Of a DNA stretch of 32,000 bases, positions 18,351 to 29,365 are shown in pieces. The DNA lies in the NCBI RefSeq assembly GCF_000011805.1, contig NC_006840.2; one strand, written 5' to 3'. A model generated the notes under the pieces. The model was given only the letters and a program-made list of their open reading frames with translations, was not told where the DNA came from and made no database searches. The stretch comes from Aliivibrio fischeri ES114. Its GTDB lineage: Bacteria; Pseudomonadota; Gammaproteobacteria; Enterobacterales; Vibrionaceae. The translations under genes were made by a program, and so were the position numbers. The first letter of the stretch is position 1. Every line of letters starts with the position of its first letter.

Positions 18351-20621
18351 CTATAAAACAGCGCCAATACTTAAATATACTGATTCATGATTCTGCTCTG
18401 TTCGACCATAAGCCAAGACAATAGGACCAATTGGACTATCAACACCAATAAAAGCAGAACCTGCAGTATAGAGTGGCGCGTCCTTAATACTATCCTGATT
18501 CCAAAGACCACCATTTTCTAATGAAGCCCCTAAATAAATAGGCGATTGGAACAAACCAAAATCGTTATCCATCAAGCGATAACGATAAACCAAACTACCG
18601 AAAATCAAGTTTTGACCAGTTAAACTATCTTTAGGTGTACCAGATAAACGTAAGAAACCACCAAGAGATTTAGGCTCTAACTGTAAATCTCCCTTTTTAT
18701 TCTCAACAACACCATATTCAAAATTACCGACGAAAGTATGACGAGAATATGTCCATGCAGCCCTTGTATTCAATGATATTTCTATGACGGAATCTTTGGT
18801 TGCCTCAATATCAACAACACTATCTTCAACATTATCATGCGAATAAAGATATTCAGCCTTTACATAAAAACCCTTAGTTGGGAAGGTGAAATTATCTAAG
18901 GTATCTAGTCTATATTGCGCAAAGATCCCCTCACGGCTGTAGCTTGCATTCAGATCTCTTAGACTAGTAAATGCCACTTTACCTTTTGTATAACGACCAC
19001 CAATACGAAAATCGCTCCACAAATGACCTTGTAGTCCAACAGCACCTTCAAATACTAAGTCACTGTATTCCAGAGGGAAATCATTATCAATTGATCCTAA
19101 TTCATTACCGGATAAAGAGAATTTCTTTTGCTCAACACTATAAACAGATTTAAAAGAAGTGAATAATAATTGATTAACTAAAAATGGAGTATACAACTCA
19201 GCTGAAACCAATTTATCAGTACCTAATTCAAAGTTGGTTCGTAACTCAGAACGATTATCTCTTAATCCAGTTAATTCAATATCTGTAAAGTTAATCGACA
19301 TCCCAAGAGAATATTTACTTTGATTATCAAAATCATCTTCTAAAGCAAAACGGAAATCCAAATAATTCGGTCCCCAACTTTTTTCTTTAACTTCAACGAT
19401 TAGATCATGTGTGCCTTCTTCATTTTCTTGATAGTAATAATCTACTCTTTCAAAGCGATCGATCACATAGAGATCTCGAATATGTTCTTCGAGTTCGTCG
19501 GCACTATAAGATCTCCCTTCTTCTAAATTTAAACGATCTAAAAGCATACTCTCTGTATACAAACTATCATTTTTAATGGTTATCTTATTTACATACAGGT
19601 CTTCACCTCTAAGCAAAGTGGACGCTTTTATCTCTTTTTCCTTTAAATATTCTTGGTACTTTTCATCAGATAATACTAATTTATCTAGTGCTTTATGTTT
19701 TTCGTAAGCGATGTCATAACCTTTACCATAAGCAAAGGGCATTTTGTCGAACTCGGCCGTTTCCATTTTTCCTACATGTGGCGCTAGTAAAATATCTTTA
19801 TCACCAAGAAGCTTTTCTTGTTGTTTGGTGCTATTTTTCACCATAAAGTTCGTCAATTGTCCCATGACAGAAAGGTAACTAGAAATGTCATCAGCTTCTA
19901 AATAATCAGAACCAATATCTACAGCTATAACGATATCTGCTCCCATTTCTCTAACAACATCAACAGGCATATTATTTACAACACCACCATCAACAAGAAG
20001 TCGGCCGTCATATTCTGCAGGTGGAAGTGCGCCAGGAACTGACATGCTTGCCATCATAGCTTCTGCTAAGTTGCCTTTATCTAAAACAACCGGTTCAAGT
20101 TTTTCAATATCTGTTGCAACAGCACGAAAAGGGATCGGTAACTGATCGAAGGAATTTAAGTAAGGAATATTATCTGATGTAGTTCTGAGTATTTTGGCCA
20201 TTGTCTGGCCTTGTACAAAACCTTTTGGGGCTTTTAATTCTGTAAATGAAAAACCAATATCCGTACCTATTTGATAACGGTCTTCATATTCTTTATCTCT
20301 GATCTGTCTTTCACTACGCTCAACCTTATCAACAAAGCCACTGTTCCAGTCAACTGTATCAATAAATGCTTCTATTTCATCAGCGCTCATTCCTGATGCA
20401 TATAATCCACCAACATAGGCTCCCATACTGGTACCGGTTATATAATCAACAGGTATGTGCATCTCTTCTAATGCTTTTAAAACACCAATATGAGCAGCGC
20501 CTTTTGCTCCTCCACCAGCAAGAACAAGACCTATTTTTGGACGAGATTCATCACTAGCAACAGCAGTAGAAGAAAATAAATAGAGAAACACAGAAGAAAA
20601 AATGAATGGCTTGAAGCGCAT
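18351..20621 (-). CDS. patatin-like phospholipase with POTRA and Omp85-type beta-barrel (PlpD-like, type Vd)
   Basis: 756 aa. Signal peptide, GGGAKGAAHIGVLKAL oxyanion loop, GTSMG nucleophile elbow, DGG catalytic Asp, then POTRA-like and beta-rich C-terminal segments. Confidence 0.85.
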   Translation of the reverse strand: MRFKPFIFSSVFLYLFSSTAVASDESRPKIGLVLAGGGAKGAAHIGVLKALEEMHIPVDYITGTSMGAYVGGLYASGMSADEIEAFIDTVDWNSGFVDKVERSERQIRDKEYEDRYQIGTDIGFSFTELKAPKGFVQGQTMAKILRTTSDNIPYLNSFDQLPIPFRAVATDIEKLEPVVLDKGNLAEAMMASMSVPGALPPAEYDGRLLVDGGVVNNMPVDVVREMGADIVIAVDIGSDYLEADDISSYLSVMGQLTNFMVKNSTKQQEKLLGDKDILLAPHVGKMETAEFDKMPFAYGKGYDIAYEKHKALDKLVLSDEKYQEYLKEKEIKASTLLRGEDLYVNKITIKNDSLYTESMLLDRLNLEEGRSYSADELEEHIRDLYVIDRFERVDYYYQENEEGTHDLIVEVKEKSWGPNYLDFRFALEDDFDNQSKYSLGMSINFTDIELTGLRDNRSELRTNFELGTDKLVSAELYTPFLVNQLLFTSFKSVYSVEQKKFSLSGNELGSIDNDFPLEYSDLVFEGAVGLQGHLWSDFRIGGRYTKGKVAFTSLRDLNASYSREGIFAQYRLDTLDNFTFPTKGFYVKAEYLYSHDNVEDSVVDIEATKDSVIEISLNTRAAWTYSRHTFVGNFEYGVVENKKGDLQLEPKSLGGFLRLSGTPKDSLTGQNLIFGSLVYRYRLMDNDFGLFQSPIYLGASLENGGLWNQDSIKDAPLYTAGSAFIGVDSPIGPIVLAYGRTEQNHESVYLSIGAVL

Positions 20622-20673
20622 AATATCATCCTTGAAATATTGATATAAAAAGAATACAGGATGATGAGGGAGA

Positions 20674-20700
20674 TAAAAAGCCTAACTAGCAAGAACTGAC
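20674..20700 (-). repeat. most degenerate tRNA-Asp/terminator fusion relic (copy C)
   Basis: taaaaagcctaactagcaagaactgac resembles the 30-mer repeats at 20742 and 20924. Confidence 0.45.
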
Positions 20701-20741
20701 AATGAGCAAACTCTATTTTCACATTCAGCTTTCTATAGATG

Positions 20742-20771
20742 TAAAAAGCCTAACCAACTGAACTACCACTT
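20742..20771 (-). repeat. tRNA-Asp 5'-half fused to a terminator tail (copy B)
   Basis: taaaaagcctaaccaactgaactaccactt is identical to 20924-20953. Of this, 21 nt (20750-20770) are identical to 21086-21106 inside the intact tRNA-Asp. Confidence 0.85.
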
Positions 20772-20806
20772 CGCCCTGCTTAACTCATTCAGTTTTCTAC
20801 AGACGT

Positions 20807-20840
20807 AAAAAAGCCCTAATCTTTCGATTAGGGCTTTTTT
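20807..20840 (-). terminator. duplicated rrn/tRNA-Asp terminator (downstream copy)
   Basis: AAAAAAGCCCTAAT-CTTTCG-ATTAGGGCTTTTTT. It lies inside a 48-nt perfect repeat (20793-20840 = 20977-21024). Confidence 0.88.
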
Positions 20841-20846
20841 AATAAG

Positions 20847-20952
20847 TGGCTACGTTAACGGGACTTTCTATCAACCTTGAAAGCAACACGTCCCCCGGCG
20901 TGATAGGCCGCTAAGCTCTCCAATAAAAAGCCTAACCAACTGAACTACCACT
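20847..20952 (-). pseudogene. decayed tRNA-Asp copy
   Basis: Shares the aataagtggc 3' boundary, the anticodon-arm core cccccggcgtgataggccg (one mismatch in 19 to the intact gene) and the exact 21-nt 5'-half ctaaccaactgaactaccact. The rest is scrambled and expanded. Confidence 0.78.
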
Positions 20953-20990
20953 TAGCTCTGTTTATCTCATTCTGTTTTTTCTACAGACGT

Positions 20991-21025
20991 AAAAAAGCCC
21001 TAATCTTTCGATTAGGGCTTTTTTT
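20991..21025 (-). terminator. primary terminator of the rrn operon, after tRNA-Asp
   Basis: - strand AAAAAAAGCCCTAAT-CGAAAG-ATTAGGGCTTTTTT, immediately downstream of tRNA-Asp. Confidence 0.9.
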
Positions 21026-21031
21026 AATAAG

Positions 21032-21108
21032 TGGCGGAGTGGACGGGACTCGAACCCGCGACCCCCGGCGTGACAGGCCGGTATTCTAACCAACTGAACT
21101 ACCACTCC
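21032..21108 (-). tRNA. tRNA-Asp (GTC)
   Basis: GGAGTGGTAGTTCAGTTGGTTAGAATACCGGCCTGTCACGCCGGGGGTCGCGGGTTCGAGTCCCGTCCACTCCGCCA. Full cloverleaf by eye, CCA encoded. Confidence 0.96.
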
Positions 21109-21140
21109 GCAGTGTCTATTCAGTGTATCTTAATTTAAAG

Positions 21141-21256
21141 CCTGGCGATGTCCTACTCTCACATGGGGAAACCCCACACTACCATCGGCGCTATTACGTT
21201 TCACTTCTGAGTTCGGCATGGGATCAGGTGGGTCCATAACGCTATGGTCGCCAAGC
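21141..21256 (-). rRNA. rrf: 5S rRNA
   Basis: - strand GCTTGGCGACCATAGCG...CCCATGCCGAACTCAGAAGTGAAACG...GAGAGTAGGACATCGCCAGG. Ends approximate by a few nt. Confidence 0.93.
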
Positions 21257-21346
21257 AAATTCTTTAATTCGGAAAGCTTAATTCTTAATGCACATTCAAT
21301 TCGTTTCTTGCAACTTCAAATCCGTTCAAAACCCCTTGGGTGTTGT

Positions 21347-24237
<2,891 letters not shown>

Positions 24238-24614
24238 ATACAACCCCAAGAGGTTTCGTATGGACCATTTGCTTTCACTTTTTGAAAGTGAAGACAAAAC
24301 AGCAACCAAGGTTGAACTCGTCGCTATCTCTGTATAAAAGATAGGGAGTTCTGGTTTTTCGCCGGATTCAAAATACAAGAACACTTGAATGTGTTGTTCT
24401 TCGTTTTACAGAGTAAAACAAAGGATATTAAGAACTTTTAAATTTTGATTTAACTTAATTACAGCCTTGAGCTGTTTTGTTTTACTTTTTCAAAAGTAAA
24501 AACAAATTAAGCTAAATCAGTCAGCTTTCCAAATTGTTAAAGAGCAATTGTTTTTCAACCTAATAAAAGGTTTCGAAACCATTTTTAAAGACTCTCAAGG
24601 AGAATATTTAAAGA

Positions 24615-24690
24615 TGGTGGAGCTATGCGGGATCGAACCGCAGACCTCCTGCGTGCAAGGCAGGCGCTCTCCCAGCTGAGCTATAGCCCC
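24615..24690 (-). tRNA. tRNA-Ala (TGC)
   Basis: GGGGCTATAGCTCAGCTGGGAGAGCGCCTGCCTTGCACGCAGGAGGTCTGCGGTTCGATCCCGCATAGCTCCACCA in the 16S-23S spacer. Confidence 0.97.
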
Positions 24691-24727
24691 GAAATATAAT
24701 GTTATCCAATACTTTCTGGAGAAGTAT

Positions 24728-24804
<77 letters not shown>

Positions 24805-24871
24805 AACATTAAGTCTCTTAATTTTTTAACCTAATCAATCTGTGTGAACACTCATAAACCGCAATCTATCG

Positions 24872-26425
<1,554 letters not shown>

Positions 26426-26636
26426 AAAGTTTTTTTGAACTCTTTCAGCAGAAAGAAGTTCGACTCAATGATTAATACTGATTGTTACATAAAAGTAATT
26501 TTGTGTAGTCACTCAGTTCATTGATAATTTGTTGATTATCAATTCACAAGTGCCCACACAGATTGATTTGGTTAAATTATTAAAGAGCTTTCTTCTACTT
26601 TTAAGCCATTAAGGCTTTCTTTCGAAGAGGATGGTC

Positions 26637-26664
26637 ATTTTATTCATTTAAGCTTCAGTGTCAA
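26637..26664 (-). promoter_or_regulatory. rrn promoter P2
   Basis: - strand TTGACA (26659-26664), 16-bp spacer, TAAAAT (26637-26642). Confidence 0.7.
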
Positions 26665-26754
26665 GCACTTATTTGAAACCAATTTTAAAAAACCATCTAG
26701 ACCAACCTGATTGCAAACCCTTACTGAATAAGCTCTCCGTGTCAGTGAGGTCGC

Positions 26755-26782
26755 ATTATAGAGACCTGATTCATATTGGCAA
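26755..26782 (-). promoter_or_regulatory. rrn promoter P1 with GC-rich discriminator
   Basis: - strand TTGCCA (26777-26782), 16-bp spacer, TATAAT (26755-26760), then GCGACC. AT-rich UP-like sequence lies upstream (about 26785-26830). Confidence 0.78.
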
Positions 26783-27058
26783 GCATTTTATTTAAGATTT
26801 AATTCAAATGCATAGAATATAAACAAAACGTTCAATATGAAGTCATAAAACTTATTAAAACATCCTAAAGATGATTAAAATCTAGGCTCTCAATCATAAA
26901 TACCAATGATATTTAATAAATAGTGAACTTGTTCTTGTTATTTATTCCCTTCTTATTATATAAAGCGCCAAAATTCCACTCTAAAGTGGTATTTATTAAA
27001 CTTATAAATCATTCTGCCGATACATATACATCAGACTAATAATCAAGGATCACAAGGC

Positions 27059-28682
27059 ATGAAGCTAAAAAACCAATCTTACGTTCTGGCTACCATCATT
27101 TTTTGTTCTCTTATATTAATGACAGCAACAGGTTTATGGACTTTACGAGTTGCAAGTACAATAGACAACAAATCTCGAGTAACTGAGATTTTTCAAACTA
27201 CCTATAACTTAATTACCAATATGGAGAATATGGTAGAAGAAGGAAAGATTGAAGAATCAAAAGCGAAAGAACTTACTATTACTATATTACGTAATAACAT
27301 CTATAAAGATAATGAATACGTTTATGTTGCTGATGAAAACTTAACTTTTCTTGCTGCACCTTTAGATCCTCAGCTACACGACACAAGTTTTCATGAATTT
27401 AGAGATAGTGAAGGCCGTAGCGTAGGACAAATTTTAGAAAATGCCATTAATCAAAACCCAAATGGTATGGCTGAATATACTTGGTCCTTAAAAATGCCAG
27501 ATGGCAGTATTGATAAAAAACTATCTATTGCTGAAAAAACACATAAATGGAATTGGATTGTCGGCACAGGTATTGGCGAAACAGAAGTAAATGAACGCTT
27601 TTGGGCAACAGCACAATGGCAATTCGGGTTAGCTTTTATCATTGCTAGCTTAATACTTAGCATTTTAATGATTGCAATTAAACGTATGCTTGCCCTGCTT
27701 GGTGGCGAACCTCACGATGTACGATCTGCAATTCAAACAGTTGCAGCAGGACAAATCGTCACTCAATTTGATACTAAAGCCCCTGAAGGCAGTATTTATC
27801 AAGCAGTTCAAACAATGAACCTTTCTTTAGCTGAACTTGTTGAGCATTTAACCCAATCAATGATTGCATTGAAAGACGAGTTATCTGATGTGCATTCTCG
27901 TTCAGGTACAGTAAGTCAACTGACTGAAGATCAGCACCAATCAACAGAAATGATTGCTACAGCTATAACTGAAATGGCATCTTCTGCAAACAACGTAGCA
28001 GAATCAGCACAGCAAACAGCTATCAATACAGATAATGCAGACAAACAAAGTGTACGTACACAAGAGTTAATTAATGCTACCGTATCAAACATTGAAGGTT
28101 TAGCCGAGCAATTAAGTACTGCAAGTACAGCCGTAGCTGAGCTAGATAATGAAGTAAATAGTATTGTTAAAGTGTTAGATGTAATTGGTGATATTGCTGA
28201 ACAAACAAACTTATTAGCATTAAACGCAGCAATTGAAGCAGCACGAGCTGGTGAGCAAGGACGTGGGTTTGCTGTTGTTGCAGATGAAGTTCGTAACCTT
28301 GCAGGCCGAACTCAAGGCAGCACTAAAGAAATTCAACAAATGATTTCTAACCTTCAAGAAGGTTCACATAATGCTATTTCTACTATGGAAGTATGTGCAG
28401 AAACGAGTAAGAGCACAGTATCTGAGTCAAAAAATGCCTCTGATGCTTTACAACAAATTGTAACGGCTCTTGAAACGATCTCTAGCATGAGCCACCAGAT
28501 AGCAAGTGCATCAGAAGAACAAAATACGTTAGCGAAGATATTACACAACGAGTAAATATCATTGAGGAAAGTGGTCAACAACTAGCGAAAGTGTCGCTGA
28601 TAGTCAAAACAGCACTCAAACATTAACAGAGCTTGCCGATGACCTTGAGACTTGGTTAAATAAATTCCAAGTTAAACATTAG
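27059..28682 (+). pseudogene. methyl-accepting chemotaxis protein with Cache-like sensor; 3' end disrupted by two apparent -1 frameshifts
   Basis: The uninterrupted ORF is 27059-28555 (498 aa) with TM-Cache-TM and signalling hairpin ...[36 protein letters not shown]. The rest of the conserved C-terminus continues in the other two frames and ends at TAG 28680-28682. Confidence 0.8.
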
Positions 28683-28706
28683 ATTTAAACCCGTCATTAC
28701 TCTTTT

Positions 28707-28736
28707 AAAGCATGCTACTACAGCATGCTTTTTTTA
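28707..28736 (+). terminator. terminator downstream of the chemotaxis receptor gene
   Basis: AAAGCATGCT-ACTAC-AGCATGCTTTTTTT. Confidence 0.85.
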
Positions 28737-28781
28737 TGCTATCAATTTAATTAAGACGAGATAGGAGTACAAATTTCAAAT

Positions 28782-28815
28782 ATAAAAAAAGCCTCGTCAT
28801 TTCTGACGAGGCTTT
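28782..28815 (-). terminator. terminator of the tRNA-Phe-Thr-Asn operon
   Basis: - strand AAAGCCTCGTCA-GAAA-TGACGAGGCTTTTTTT. Confidence 0.87.
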
Positions 28816-28821
28816 AAAAAG

Positions 28822-28897
28822 TGGCTCCCTTTGCTGGACTTGAACCAGCGACATACGGATTAACAGTCCGCCGTTCTACCGACTGAACTAAAAGGGA
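28822..28897 (-). tRNA. tRNA-Asn (GTT)
   Basis: TCCCTTTTAGTTCAGTCGGTAGAACGGCGGACTGTTAATCCGTATGTCGCTGGTTCAAGTCCAGCAAAGGGAGCCA. Confidence 0.96.
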
Positions 28898-28926
28898 ACA
28901 GATTTTTATTCTCAAAAGAGAAGAGA

Positions 28927-29002
<76 letters not shown>

Positions 29003-29054
29003 ACACTTAATTTCATTGCTCGTGCTAATCACGTTAGACACCAACAAATTAATA

Positions 29055-29130
29055 TGGTGCCCGGAGGCGGAATCGAACCACCGACACGAGGATTTTCAAT
29101 CCTCTGCTCTACCGACTGAGCTATCCGGGC
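29055..29130 (-). tRNA. tRNA-Phe (GAA)
   Basis: GCCCGGATAGCTCAGTCGGTAGAGCAGAGGATTGAAAATCCTCGTGTCGGTGGTTCGATTCCGCCTCCGGGCACCA. Confidence 0.96.
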
Positions 29131-29140
29131 AACGAGGTGT

Positions 29141-29169
29141 ATTAAAATGCTTTTTAGTATCAGGGTCAA
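29141..29169 (-). promoter_or_regulatory. sigma70 promoter of the tRNA-Phe-Thr-Asn operon
   Basis: - strand TTGACC (29164-29169), 17-bp spacer, TTTAAT (29141-29146), just upstream of tRNA-Phe. Confidence 0.55.
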
Positions 29170-29308
29170 CTACTAATTACAAAAAAACGTTCGTTTGGCG
29201 AAAATATACTCGCAACGGTGGATTTTATAACATTTTCATTAAAAGATAAGCGATTTTAATCAATAAAAATCTTTTCAACTCTCATTAAAAAATAAATTGA
29301 TGTCGTCT

Positions 29309-29349
29309 CCTCTCTTAACTATCTAAGATGAATTGATAATTAAGAGAGG
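29309..29349. other. long inverted repeat at the 3' end of mrcB
   Basis: CCTCTCTTAACTATC / GATAATTAAGAGAGG. 15-nt arms with one mismatch, 11-nt loop, no clear U-tract on the - strand. Confidence 0.65.
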
Positions 29350-29365
29350 ATTTCTTTGTTAGCCG

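Noticed and set aside
20674-21031. CRISPR-like or mobile-element interpretation of the repeats next to tRNA-Asp
   Set aside because: The repeats are tRNA and terminator pieces with unequal, related spacers. There is no integrase, no att-type duplication bracketing cargo and no cas gene, so tandem duplication with decay explains them better.
26430-27058. Possible small gene in the 600-bp gap between 16S and the chemoreceptor gene
   Set aside because: No supported ORF. The sequence is explained by the rrn leader, boxA, P1/P2 promoters and AT-rich upstream DNA.
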